Shown: one piece after another, positions 26,190 to 39,928 of the stretch
How the letters are laid out: each line of letters starts with the position of its first letter
Numbering within the stretch: position 1 is the stretch's first letter
Assembly: GCA_013265495.1 (NCBI GenBank)
Contig: PNXW01004639.1
Coordinates: 62,001-126,000, forward strand
Direction: 5' to 3'
Origin: Vicugna vicugna
Taxonomy: Eukaryota
Length of the DNA stretch: 64,000 bases
Notes under the pieces: generated by a model
What the model was told of the DNA's origin: nothing
Databases searched by the model: none
The model's input: the letters and a program-made list of their open reading frames with translations, nothing else
Program-made: the position numbers and the translations under genes

Positions 26190-27610
26190 TATTTAGCAAA
26201 AGTTTAGCAAGTAGGCTGATATAAAATAAATCAAATAGCTCAATAAAAACTGAACATTACCATACACATTTTTAAATAACATTTTCAAACAGATGTTTTC
26301 AAAAGTATCAAAAATAAAATACTGTGTATAACCATCAATGAAATAATTACAAAACTATATTGAAAGAAATGGAAGAAGTTCTAGGTAAATGGAAAAAATA
26401 CAGCACAGTTTTGGAATGGAAGACTGTATATTGTAAAGAGAACATTTCTCTTCAAATTGGATCATTGATACACAGTAAGCCAATCAAAATCTCAGTAGGG
26501 TATTCCTCGGGATACTTTATACAAGCTAATTCTTAAATTTTCATGAAATCACAGGAAGATCCAAGAATATCAAAGAAGTGAATAAAAGCAACTATTAAGA
26601 TGAGGACATTTGTCCAAACAGATATAAAGGCTTATTATGAACTTATAGTAAATAAATGGTATAGCATTTTGCTGAGATAGAAAAGCTAGTGGAATGGGAT
26701 GAAAAAACGCAGCCTCATGCAGATATGCATACGTTTGATTTATGACTGAGCAGGCATGGTAGACACCATAAAGAAAGTGAAAAAGTAAAGCACAAATTAT
26801 GCAAATACATTTGCAAAATATGTAACTGATAAACATATATTTTCAAACACTAGGAAGTAAAACAATCCAATAGGAGAATATTTGAAAACCGTGGAGCCTT
26901 ACAGAGAGTCAAGGAAATGCATATTTCAGTGAGATAGCTTTTCATACCCATCAGTTTGGAAAAAAAAAAAACTAGTGTGAAAATATAAAATTCTGTAGGT
27001 GATGTGGTTCAGAAAAAAACAGTCAGTGACTTCTAGAGGGATGTAAACTGGCACAACTGAACCGAAAAATGACTTAGTCTTTACCTATTTAAGTTGAACA
27101 AGAGCAAACCAGATGTCAAAGCAGTTCCACATCTGTACGTAAGGATATGACACCAGGAGACGTACAAATATGTTCATAGAAAATCTGCTCATAATTGCCC
27201 TTAACCAGGAGTAATTACCATAATGGAATGGTAAATGCACTGTGGCATATTTATACCATGGAACACTCTGGAGTGGGGAAGTGAAAGAACCACAGCTAAA
27301 TACATCAGCAGTGATGAATCTAAAAAATATAATGTTAAGGGAAAGAAGCAAGTTGCCAGTGAACATGTCTTTAGAGGATAAGTACATTTATATAATGTTG
27401 AAAAGCAGTCCAAACTGAACAGTATATCATTTACAAATAAATTCATTGACTAGATCATTTTTTTTTAAATTAGTGGAATGATTGCCATAGAATTCAGGAC
27501 AGTAGTTACATGTTTGGTGGTCTGCAGAGAAGTGTAAGTAGGGAGAGGCACCAAGAAAACTTCTAAGATACAAGGGATTATCTAGGTTTTACTCTGAGAG
27601 AGATACATGT
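26190..27610 (+). mobile_element. Old L1 (L1ME-like) ORF2 3' part and 3' UTR
   Basis: GAAAGAAATGGAAGAAGTTCTAGGTAAATGG, GGAATGGAAGACT..ATTGTAAAG, CCAATCAAAATCTCAGTAGG, CATACCCATCAG, GATGAATCTAAAAAATATAATGTTAAG. Confidence 0.85.
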
Positions 27611-28049
27611 GAAAAAAATAGTTACATCTAACTGGAAGAGTGCATCTTTGAAGATAACAATGTTAAGAAAATAGGAATGACATGATATCAAAATAAGAAT
27701 CGTAAAAAGAATTTTGAATTTACAATTCTGGAAGATGTCAACAAATACTAGAGGTAGAAGAGAAATGGATCGGATGCAGCAAAAAAAGTGCAGAGTCTCA
27801 TTTTATTTAGGGAGGAGGTCACAGATTTTTAATAATTGATAAGTACTGACCAATATTCCCATCAGTATTCAAACAAACCCAGATTTTCCCTATCTGTAAA
27901 AAATGGGGTTTCTCTGACATCACTTTCTGTAATTGCCACCTTGTCTTCCCTACAATCACGAATTAAAAAAAAATTTTCAACATATCATAAAACAAACACA
28001 CCTTCTGTCAAACCAGTTTTACTGACAATGTTACTCATGTCAATAAAGA

Positions 28050-28910
28050 ACACAATTCCTTCAGTTGCACAAGATACAAGATAGAGCATTTATCTGTCAT
28101 GTCTCCCTCTTGCTCATTCCTACGTATCATTAAATCCAGCCACTTTTACACACTAACAGTTGTTCAGTTCATTGATTTCTTCCCATCCATGATTTTGTGC
28201 TGTGATTTGTATCCCAGCCTCGAAGTGGTCTCTTTGCCTTCAGTCTAACTCTTGATGAAGCCATTGTGTGCAGTCTCAAAGGCTGCCATGCCACGTCCTT
28301 GGGGATCCATCTATCCACTGTCCCACGTTAAAGTCCAAATCCCTTCATGTGGCTTTCAAATTCTTTCTACTATCTGAAAAACACTGTGTCTTCAGCCTTC
28401 TCTGCCTTCTCTTTCCCTCTTAATTTGGAAATTTAGCAGAAGCCAATGTACCTAAATTCTTCAATTGTGCTTTTCTACTCTCATCTCCTCTCACCCCTCT
28501 TCTTTTTAGTATATGCACTCCTTGCAGAGTGGGTAAGTATTTTGCCTGATAGGCACAAAAGAAAAAATCAACTACCGCCACCTGAAACATCTACCTTTTC
28601 TCTTTCTTTTCTTCTTCACGTTGTAAACTCTACTCATCCTCCCGTCTGTCTCAGTGTCATGTAAATGGGAGAGTTTTCCTTAAGTCTTCAAATGAGGACT
28701 CCCCTCCCATCTATTCCTGTGACACCTGCACTCCTCTAATACCACATCTTATTTGTCCAGTTTATGTGCTGGTTTTGATTATCCCTGGCTTCCTTGCGTA
28801 ACTGGCAGATCTCTGGAGACCAAGGTCTGCCATTGCCTTATTTACAGTTTGCCCAGTGGCTACCATAGTGCATATATGCAGTAAACAATAATGCTTGGAT
28901 GCATGAAGAC
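28050..28910 (+). mobile_element. L2 fragment with 3' end
   Basis: AAAGTCCAAATCCCTTCATGTGGCTTTCAA; ends CAGTGGCTACCATAGTGCAT..CAATAATGCTTGGATGCATGAA. Confidence 0.7.
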
Positions 28911-29529
28911 ATGATTAAATACTTGGGTAAATTTCTTAGAACATGAAAGAGAGAATAGTTTCTATCTTCTGTGGTAAGTCACAAAATGTGAAAATGGTAT
29001 TTTCCTAAAATCTTACAGTTAAAGACAAATTACACAAATGCTAGCAGAGTAGAAATCTAACTAAGAGGAAAAAGAAGTGTTTTTGTCATCTACTGTGCTA
29101 ATGTGAGAAAATGAAATGAAAACCTGTAGGATGTAAAAGGGGACTTTATTTGTGCTCTTCAGATTGCTGGCATTATTTTTAATTATTTTATTGTTATTTC
29201 AATTGCTCTTCTCTTGTTAACCTCTATTTAATAATGATGATCTTAGGCATTGTTAAAAGTGAGCTCTTCCTTTTAAAATGTTTTTTTTCCTTTGCATTCT
29301 CACTCTTGTGTATGACTCTACCTAGTTATAATGTTTGAATACCATTGGTGAATTTCGATCATTTAAAACAGCCATTAATTTATAAAAAGTCTCAAATCGT
29401 GGTTTAAATTCTTTGTATTCTGCTTGTTGTTGACATCAAGAAGCACATATCCTATTTTTCACTCACTAATTTGTAAATGGTATTTTTCTCAGTTTCTTTA
29501 TTTTTAATTGTATATATGTACAATTTAAA

Positions 29530-29652
29530 CTTTTTATTTTTAATTATATATGTAATTGGAATATACATAGCTAACATGAGATTTGATGCTCATGTACAAA
29601 GTGAAATGAGTCTTACAATCCAGCTAATTAACATGTCCATCTCCTCACGTAG
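29530..29652 (-). mobile_element. L1MA-type 3' terminal fragment
   Basis: AACATGAGATTTGATG..GTGAAATGAGTCTTACAATCCAGCTAATTAACATGTCCATCTCCTCAC. Confidence 0.75.
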
Positions 29653-32600
29653 AAAAAGAAGTTTGTTAATCGTCTATATCCATACAGAAAATAAAAGGCA
29701 ATAACTCCTGGAAAACATTCTTTAAAGTACTATCTTCTCAGTAGATTATTCCCTTCATCTATAAATTTAATGAATATTTATTGGCACTCCAGGCACTGTG
29801 CCATATGTCTGATAAACAACACAGTGGTAGTGTTTGGTACGTATTACATCTGATGATTTAATTTTAAAAACACAATCCATGTAGTCTTAAACAATAGCTT
29901 CAGCTCATATTTAAGATGAACTGTACATATTCAACATGATGAAGAGAATTGAATAGCCAGAAACTCCTGTCTTGTCTAATTGGAATATAAAATTACATAG
30001 TAGAGAGACCCAGGTAAGGAACTACCTTGGACCCGCCAGCATTTGGCTGATGACCGTTGGAAGGCAGTGTTATAAACCCCATCATGAAGCAGAACACTAA
30101 GACTCACTTGCCATTTTCCTTACATGAGCCAAGAATCCATACATTACCCGTAAAGCCAGAAGAATAATTAAGGCAAGACGACCCCAAAACAGATACTGAC
30201 ACAGTTTTCTCGCGCTATAATCAGATTTTCAGCTGAAGATTGGAAGTCATAGAAAATGCAGGGCTGTGTAATCTGAGAAAGAACTGGAAGGGGCAACAAC
30301 ACTCAAATTTTCCTACCTCATTTTTAATGGGGCTTCATTCAATACGAAGGATCTAATATGAGGAATTTCTATCTGTTACAATTATAGGTTCACATATAAT
30401 TTATAGATGCTTGTATAAACCATAGAGTAAGACGGTCTCATGCAGGTGAGAAAATGCTAACAGTGAACACTAAGTCATTTTCCTAAAAGTAAGAAATTCC
30501 CATAATTTTCCATTTAAGAAGAAATAGAACGTTTCCCTACAACAGTTACTCATTTGGAAGATACGTGAAAACTAGCAGTTGCTTGGCTTCAGAAGGAATA
30601 CAGCCTTGAAAGGGTTCAGACGAATTTCTCTAAGTGTGGATTTGTACTGTTTGTTTCATTTCCCATGGCCTGTAGAATATGCAGGGAAGCTTGAAAACAA
30701 AACGCATTTCTCTCTCCACCCTGCTCCTCGCCATCCTGCTTATCTCACACGTTTCAAATTAGCTGAATTAACACGACTGGATTTGTTCAGCAAAGAGTTC
30801 AGATAGCTGGGCCTCCTGTTAGGCATTTTGCGTATCAGGAATTTCGTATATTGTCAAAGACAGAAAAACAGTATTTTTGGTAAACGCTGAGCAAAATGGC
30901 AATGGGGGTGATGGCAACAGTAACAAATTTATCAGGAGATGCTGGTAAGAAAAGTTAAGAAAACTGAAAGATGAATGTTGAAACTCAGTATGAGAAAATA
31001 TTTTGATGGTGTGTGTATGTGAAGAAATACCTTCAGAGCTCATTTCTCTTAGTCATAGGTTAGACATTTTGTCTTCTACAGTGTGCACAAATGCATGCAC
31101 AAATTTCTGTCATAATTATGAACCATAACTTGTTTATCCATCCACCCCGGGCGTTTTGTTTATTCTCAGTATCCTCTCTATGATTATGAACCACACATTT
31201 TTGCATGCATTTCTGATTATTCCCATAGCATATGTTTGTTGAGTTGTAATTGCTGGGCCACCAGGCACTGCCATGTCATTTGGAATCTTGGTAGCAGGTT
31301 CCACACTGTAATGCCCGTCAGTCCCAAACAGGACCACCCTGCCACCTAAAGGCAGCACTGAGTAAGCCGCCCACTAAGGTTGACCAGATGTTATTTCCAA
31401 CTCAGCCTTCTCTGGCCCCAGAAAGGCTGATTTTATAGAGCTTCCTAATCATACACATCTTTTAGTAGTTGACCCACTCCTCCAGTTTCTTCAATATTAA
31501 TTTTAAATTAATATTAATAGTAACTAACATGAGACATATTTTCTGCTTCATAAGGGGAAAAACTTCTGACCTCAGGAAGACCTTAAGTCCATTTAAATTC
31601 ATTTACACTAGATAGAATAATTTCATATTCTTGAGGAAGTATATTGAATTACTTATTTAGCAATTTGTGTTTTGAGAACCTGAGTAGTAATATTGATTTC
31701 CAATTGAATGAATATGAGAATTTTTATTAGCTTCTGGTTTTGCCTACTTTGTCTGAAATATCCCTTTCCATAGATAAATTGAGAAATTAATTAGCAGCTG
31801 GAATCATGGCTTGGCTTCACAGATCAGTATTAGATGAAAGTTAAAAAAAAATAATAACTGGCTTCCATTTTTGGATAATAGAATGAACACATATATATTT
31901 GCCTTACCTCCCTCCTGGAAACATATTCAGTTGACTAATAAAAATGTGCAAATAGGTAAGAAAAAAAGAGCAAAAGTGATGTGCTGTGGGAGTTCCAGCG
32001 TTTCCTTTCCACAGCCAACTCACTCGTCCTCAAGCTGCCATGAGTATCTGCTGCTCGTGGGCTTGCCGCTGTGTTTCTTCCAAGAAAACAGAGTCTAAAG
32101 TGGGATTCTGGATATGAATCAATCACCAGAAATCTGGCATTAAGGACTCCGTTACCAGTGGTGGGTGGAGAACAGTTAGCCCATGACTGCCTTAATGATG
32201 CAGTTGTTTAAATATTTATCATTGGTGAACTGGGATGGAATCATGGTTGAATGGAGTACGTTGGCTACAGCAGCATTTCTGCACTTGAGAAGGACGAGGA
32301 AACAGATTATTGAATTGCGTGGCTGTGACTGAGTGCTGTTAATTCAGTGAAGGGAGATAATGACCAGCCTGGGATGGTTCATCGCCAATTAAGGACAAAA
32401 TCTGAAAGCCAGAGGGCCTCCTTGCCTGATTTTAAGGAAGCTCTGTCTCCTGCAAAAGGAGAGCAGACAGAATGGTGCACTGGACCCAAGATTAAATCAG
32501 AGGAGTAGGGACGATTCAGAGAAGATTTAAAGACGGCAGTGTTCACAACAGGGTCAGAGAGATGAAAGGACTCACGTGATCCCACACAGCGTATTTGTGT

Positions 32601-33184
32601 GAAGCCCCTAAGGATACAGTGCAGAAGGAGTAAGAGGACTAAGGAAGCATCAGGGCCAGGAGACTTCCAAGCTAGCTGCTGGGGGTTCTTCTCATTCACA
32701 CAGGGCTTGCTTTGTCTCTGGACAGAGCCACCCTGTGCAGACTTGGTTCCGAAAAGTTTTCAGCAGAGTCCTCCATTCCCTCTAGTCACCTGGCCAAGTA
32801 AGGCTGCATGACCAGCTCTGCCAGGCACAAGCCAGCAATAAGCTCACTAGCCTGGCTCCCGCCAGGGAGGCCCCAACTTGAAGCAGCAGGTTATAGGCCA
32901 CGAGTTAGCCCACCACCTCACCAGGCCGTGAGTCAGCGCTGTGCTTCCTGTGTCCCCAGGCATACGCCTAGAGCTGAGACGGCCCATCAGTAAACAGCTG
33001 GCCTCCCAGAATGCTGAGCTCCAGCCAGTCTCCTATCAACTCCCTAGTGCAGGAGGAATGGGACCCTGAGAACTCACATGTGAATCTCTTAGTGGATGCA
33101 GTTTAAATTGTTGAACTCCGGATGCCCCTCTTCCCACTGGACTGGCAGAAGTGGCCCATTTCTAAGTAGACAATGGTGGCTCCC

Positions 33185-33635
33185 ACGTGACACCAGCATC
33201 ATGGCAACACTAGATGTCCCTCTTTTTTGCCCCACCCCCGCCACCAACAACTACAATTTGGCATCCATCCACAAACAGAAGTGCCTCTGGGGGAGCTGTG
33301 GGATCCAGCATCAAATGCCAAGGGAGCTGGGCAGAGCCGGGCCCACGGGTGCATGGGGAATAAGCAGACAGATCTTGGTGTGGGCTGTACACCCACTGGC
33401 AGGAGCCTGTGAACCAGCCCCTCACAGTTTTGGTCTTGGGGCACCTGCAGAATGCTGACTTGGACAGACACCCACGGACCAGAGAGCCTATGGAGAAGCC
33501 CAGTGTCAGCAGAGAGGCTCCGGCATGCCACTGGAGGAAAAATACAAGAGGAAAAGAGCAACTTTGCCAGCATCACCCTTTCGCCCAAGGCGGCATGGCT
33601 TAGAGCGTGAGTCCCGGACTCCCCAACCAGCACTC
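33185..33635 (+). mobile_element. Old L1 5' UTR fragment (L1M2/L1M3-like)
   Basis: GTGACACCAGCATCATGGCAACACTAGATGTCCC..AACAACTACAATTTGGCATCCATCCACAAACAGAAGTGCCTCTGGGGGAGCT resembles L1M 5' ends; GC-rich. Confidence 0.65.
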
Positions 33636-34679
33636 ACTTAGGAACAATGGAAAAATCAAAAGCCATATAAGAAAATCATATGCACACATAAAGCTAATTA
33701 AAATAGGTCATAATTTCAATAATAGTTGAAGAAATGGAAGAAAAGATAATTATTTTGACCCTGACCTAGGAACAGATTCTTTGAGGCAACCCAGCAGTGA
33801 TACTGTTGGTTTCAGAATGAAAAAAATGTCACCCTGGCCATTTCTTAGCTCTACAGAGAGCAGCATGTAACAAGCCACAGTCATTGAGGTGCTGTTCTGT
33901 TGGTTTTTCTCCTTCTAAAATCAATCTGTCAATAAAGCATGAAGACAATCTATCGACAAAGCATGAAGAAAGTGTAGCTACAAACAATGCTACCAAGCTG
34001 GCAAAGCAAAAATAAAGGAGTAACTGAAGGAATCTAGGAGGATTTTGGAAGTGGAGGGGATATCAGAAGGGAGCTAGCAGAGAGAAATAAGGAGACATGA
34101 CTTCAATCAATATAAAATACAGAGATTTAAATACATTTTTAAATTATAACATATAATAAACAAAGGATAATTAATAACTATCGACTGTATCTGCAGGCAG
34201 GGGATGGGAAATGATGGTGGTCTTGGAAACCAGTTGTCTTAGTAAGTGTGTGAGCGTCAAATGACCTCATAAACTCATTCGTGGGATTTTTAAATAATTA
34301 TATAAAATTCTTTAAATAATTTATAACTGCTTGTATTTAAAATATTTTAATAGCGTCAACAAATTTGAGGAAACATTCTGAGGACAGATGATTAATTACA
34401 GTGTAGATGTCAGATTGAGACACAGTTCAAGTTGCAAGAAAAAAGAGTAATTATGTTGTGATTGCACAAAACATTTATTTTTACTATTGCCAAAATACAT
34501 GATATCAATTATGTTAGTAACTATGACGAAAACTTGGAGATTCCTAGTGAAGAGCTAAAACTCCTGTAGGTATTATCTGATCCAGAGATACATTTTAAAA
34601 ATCCTAGTTTAGAATCAGGGAGATTAAAGGTTACCCTACACATTTATATGATGTATGGGTAGCCTGAAGTCTATTCTGT

Positions 34680-34890
34680 TCTTTGAGGTTATGTGCCAGC
34701 TCTGTCCCTTGCTGACAGTTGATCTTGTACTTAATCTTCCTTGATCTCAATTTCCTCACCTGTGAAAACAAAATAATATCAGTTCTTACCTAACAGTGAT
34801 TGTGACAGTAAAATGAGTTCATTAACATAAAATTACTCAAAGATTTCTTGGCACAGGATAAGCATGGTTAGTTAGCTGTTATCATCATCC
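34680..34890 (+). mobile_element. MIR SINE
   Basis: Core CTCAATTTCCTCACCTGTGAAAA..TTGTGACAGTAAAATGAG..TTGGCACAG. Confidence 0.8.
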
Positions 34891-36894
34891 TGAAGAAGGA
34901 ATGAGGCTTTATGAGTTTAATCTAGGAACGAGGTAAATACAGGGAGGTCTGCAACTGTCACGGCTACAGCTGCAGCTGTGTCCGTGGGCTGGAAAACTAG
35001 CCCACGGGTGCGAGTGTGCACCAGAAAGAGAGAGAGATTAATGTAAAAATTGAGTGATTTTTCTAAAATTTTAAAACAATAGGATACAAACAATACTAAC
35101 TTGTGTCACAGACAAGGAAGAAAAGGCATGCTCCATCCCCGCGGACCCACTCCAATCCCCTAGTTTTACCTGGCACTGTATGAAGACTGGCACAGTGCCG
35201 CCACGTGGCAATGAACTCCTGTGGCCAGCACAGCGACACGAGAAATTAGGGTGGCTGACAGGTCGGTCTGAAGTGACGTGATGTCCGGCAAGCAGGTCTG
35301 CATGAGGAAGTAGGGAAATGAAAGCACCAGAGGCCAGACGTCCCCCTTCTCTTTCTCAACCTGTACTCTGCCCGCAAGGCTGTCTCTCCAAAACATACAT
35401 GCTCTTTCCAGCCACACTCTCTGTGAAGACGATGGCCCCAAATACGACCATTGCTCCAGAAACTCAATGTTAGACTCTCTCCCAAATTGACAGCTCTCAG
35501 AAGTCCCCGAAGTAGTTCAGGAGACGTAGAGGGTAAAAATGTTGTTTTCCTTTATCATGAAAATGCCCCTCTAAACATATCCATGAGTTAAAATCCGCAG
35601 TATCCAACATAATTTATGTTCTAGTATCAGACAGGTCCAAAGAAGAACTCTATACTTTATGGAGAAAGATGCTGTTAGAATACTCCCCTGTGTGATAGTT
35701 CTGTAGATTTAATTCCGAAGATAAACAGGTGATTCTAAACAGTTTATAACTGTCAGAAACCGCAGCTTGATATGTCATAATTAATTGAAATGGTATACTT
35801 TCTTTCAGTACAGAGCTTCAAATAAAATAGAATGGTCAGCTCAAATGAACTTCCCTCATCAAGAAAAATTAAGGTTAAATTAGGTTGGATTTGGGTCACT
35901 TGCTGAGATAGAGAGTTTGATATTTGTGAAAAATTCTCACATTTCAAATAAAATCTCTAGTTTCCCTTTGCAATTAAGTTCTGACTAAAATTCAAAGCTC
36001 TTAAGCATAGGAACCACAAAATGCCCTTGTCTTCCTTCTTTCAGAATTTCAGTGTAAGTGCTTCTTGGATTCATAAAACCATTGAAGTTTTTTTTATTGG
36101 TTGCTTTAAAAATGTTTTTCTTAATAATTAAAAGGAAATAATGGGTTTAAGAGATTTCAGAGAAAATGACTGTAGCCCATCTCTTTCTACTCCAAATCCC
36201 ATCTGATCACGTTGACCAGGTTTCCTAGTTAATCTTTTTCTAGAGAATATAGATAAACTTTATTATGAAAAAAATAATTTCAGTAGTAAACTTTGATTAA
36301 TAGCTAAATAATATGTCAATTATACCTCTGAATAAGGAACCCACTCTCTTGATTAGATACAAATCAGCATATTTTTATCTTTGAGATAAATATTTTGGTT
36401 GAGGCTACAGATGATCATTTCTTTTTTAAGCTTTCTCATCATATTACCAGGTCTAACCTATACATTAGAAGAACAGTGATAATTAGAGGGAAAATTAGAT
36501 TTAAATGGAACAGGGTTCTCTCCTGGTTCACGGGTAATCGTGGGAGAGTTTATGAGCTTGTAACGTTTTGTTCATGCAATCTTCTGAGAAAGCTTCCTGT
36601 CCGAGTTAACGTTTTGACAGATTGTAGTCATGCAGAAACAAGCTTTGACTCCCCTGTCACTGAGCAGGCAAAGAACTGACCATCTGGACTCCTGGTTTGA
36701 TAAAAACGTTTAGGGAGTAAGAAGAATCCTGGCAAGTAAAAGAACATACCTCCAATAGAGCTCAGTGGAATCCTTAAAGACATCTGACATTCAAACATTG
36801 TTTTATAAACAATGTGGACTTTTCATACACACGTACTCACACACCTTAAAATTTCAGCAGGAGGCTTTGGATTTGACAATTAAGGACAATGATG

Positions 36895-37024
36895 AGGGTG
36901 ACCATGTAATTTATTGTTCAAATCAGGACATTATTTTAAGTGTGAAAGGGAGTACTATTAATTATTACACTGGGAGTACAGTGCACCAGGATAATCCCTG
37001 ACAAATCAGATGGTGAATGATGGT
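36895..37024 (+). mobile_element. hAT-Blackjack MITE (MER94-like)
   Basis: AGGGTGACCATGTAATTTATTGTTCAAATCAGGACA..GTGAAAGGGAGTACTATTAATTATTACACTGGGA. Confidence 0.8.
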
Positions 37025-39449
37025 AATGAAAGGAGAATTGCGGGATGTTCTCTTGGCTAAACAAATCCATGAAAAGATTAAAAATAAATTGATGGCTGAC
37101 AAATGAATTCAGTCATAGTGACATTTTTATGTTACCTCTAAAAATAATACCTTCCAATGTTCACCCTAGCTGTGATCTAATAGTTTTATATATTATGAAC
37201 TTTGGCCAATTTTCCAGACCTGAAAATGGCCTTAAGAGAAGATCGCTTCTCGATAGATCTATCTGAAACAAGCTCGATGTGGTAGCACCAGACCCTTGCC
37301 AGATGAGTAATCAATCACAAGCGTAATTCCTACAGCATGAACTCCACGTTCTCGGAAGGGAAGTATTAGCTTCACACCATTGAAAAACATATCAAAACTC
37401 AGTATTCCGTGGGAAAAAGTTAATTCTGAGAAACTTTTCAAAAGTATTGTTACTAATTTGGAATTTGGCCTCAGCGCCATGGAAAACTCAGAGGAATACA
37501 AAAGTGACCTTTCCATCTCCTGTGAGTATGAACTCATAGGTGTCCACCTTTTGGTCAGTGACCGTCTTCTTCTAGATGCCTTGGTCTCTTGCACAGGGAT
37601 CCCCTCTCTCCTCCATCTGCTTCTTTATACGATTCATCTTTCTTTCTGCTGCTTTACTCTCATATCTGCAATAAGGTTTTTCCCCCTAGGTTCTAATTAT
37701 TTTTAGGAGATGAACATTCTGTTCATTTCTATCTTCCAGCATCAAACATGTGTTTTTCCAGAGTTTCCATTCATATAGAACAACTTCTAGGACCATTTTT
37801 TTCTAGCAGTACTAAGCCACTAGCTCCTTTTCAGTATTGCCTCAGTACAGTTATTTAAGAGGAACTATATTATTTAAGTAGATTTGAATAGCATAAAAAG
37901 TTTTTAACAACAATAATGTGTGCACACACACATACACGTATACCTACACATATATACAAATTAATGCAAATTAATATGGGCTGTAGAGAAAATACAGTTG
38001 ATTAGCATTGAGCAAGTACAAAACTGTTATCAGAATAACTATGTTAATCAAAAATTTACTGTATTTGAAAGGTACGCTGAGACTCATGCCAGCATCTAAG
38101 ACACTGTCAAGCTAGTAGTCGAGGGAAGAAAATAAATGATCAGTTATCACTCTAACATGTCAAAATCTTACTTCAAGAAAACCAACTCCACAATTAGTTC
38201 TATGTTTAACTCCCTACCAAAGACAGAATTAAATTCCTTAAAAATTAAAGCTCTAAACCTTTCTCAGATGGCATCATTTTTTAATTGACAGAAGTCCACT
38301 GAAAATGTTATTTTTTGTTGAGGACGATCCCAGGTGCACTGAACAGGAAGGCATACATCACTCATCATGTCTACAAACTTTAGTAAGAATAAGGAAGTCT
38401 AATGCAGTCACCCCAAAATACTGTTCTCTCCTTTTAAGTTTTTTCCACGGCTTATTCTGTCAGTAAAGACAAATGGGATTAATTTTAAATTTTTAGAATG
38501 ATATACTGTCTCTAGGATTGTTTTGGAAGTCTCTTTGCCCCTAAATATTGAAAGTAATTGGAGGTAATTTGATTAATCTGAAATATTAGTACATTCAAAA
38601 AAATCCTTGAAAATGTATCTGTACCTGAATAGTATATAAATCTTTCAACAATGAGAATAGAGTTAACTGAATTATGAAAACAAAATTATGATACAGTCAT
38701 GAAGGAAAAATGCAGAGGAATGGGAAACCAAGCACCGTCTTAATAAAAACAAATGAAGACAGATTGGAGCACAATACTCATGGGAATTTATTTGGTTAAT
38801 CATCACTATCAAAATGGGTTTACCTCTGTCAAAAAAGAGAGGTAAATTCAACACAGAAAAATTATCTACATAATGTGTTTTTTAAAATGGCATATTAGAG
38901 CATAAAAACACATCAATTCTTTCTGTTACAAACTCCCCAACGAAAAGAAAATAAGATAGGCTGGAGTCTGAACAACACGATATTAACTAGAAATTTAAAT
39001 TTGCATAAACAGCTTGCTATGTGTAAGGCAAAAATATCAGAGATGAAAATGAGTTGGAATCTTGTTTCTGCATGCAAATTGCCAAGTACCTGGTTACCTG
39101 ATTAATGAAGAAAAGAAATACAGATCATTGAAGAACCAATACAGTTTATACCACTGTATAAACTGACCTTTATACCACTCATACCCACCAATGAATAGTT
39201 TTTATCTCTATATTGTTATGTGCCCGAATCCCAAGTTCACTTCCCTTTGAAAAATGCGCTAAATATTGGTTACTTGCAGCACATCCTGAGCACACAGATG
39301 CTATAGTTAAAAAGTATTACTCAGTTCCATTCAAATTATCCCTTTAGTACATAAAGTTTTTTCAACTAGCATGAAAGGTGCAGTTTTAAAGAAATCAATT
39401 TGCATTTTCATTTCTCAGCCTCAGTCTAAATCCGTGTGCTTTGAGAGCT

Positions 39450-39928
39450 GCACCAGACCTCTTTCTGTCTCCGTTTTCCTCACTCCAGCCACACTGCCTC
39501 TCTGGGCGTTTCTCCGACAAGCCAGGCACAATGACACCTTCGGGTCTTTGCATGGCCTGTTCTCTCTGCTTGGAACTCTGTTCCCCAGGAAGCATCTCTT
39601 TTCAGCACCTGCTCAGAGGTCCCAGCGCAGCCGTCCTCCCCACCCTCGCCACGTTCTCGATTCTCTCTTATCTTCCTCTCCTGTTTCCCCTCTTCCCACT
39701 TCACTCATCCTTTACTTACATACCTTGTAATTATCTCATTCAAAGATCTGTTTTTCGTCTTTTCCGCCTGTTTTTCATCTCCTCTGAGTGTCAGCTCCAT
39801 GGGAAAGGGGTCTCTATCTCATCTACTCACTAATACATCTCAATTTTCCAGAAATTCCTTTTGCAGAGTAGGTGCTCGTAATCAACAGAGATTTGCTGAA
39901 TCAGTGAATGAGTGAGTGAATGAGTGAC
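39450..39928 (+). mobile_element. L2 3' end
   Basis: CTCCAGCCACACTG, GGGTCTTTGCA..TGTTCTCTCTGCTTGGAA, AGTAGGTGCTC..TTTGCTGAAT and a TGAA/TGAG tail. Confidence 0.85.

Noticed and set aside
31134..31358. ORF GRVVLFGTDGHYSVEP...
   Set aside because: Weak splice signals and no recognisable domain.
37259..37706. Overlapping ORFs of about 110 aa and a minus-strand acceptor near 37665
   Set aside because: All frames from the acceptor hit early stops, the region 37560-37760 looks L2-derived, and no homology was recognised.
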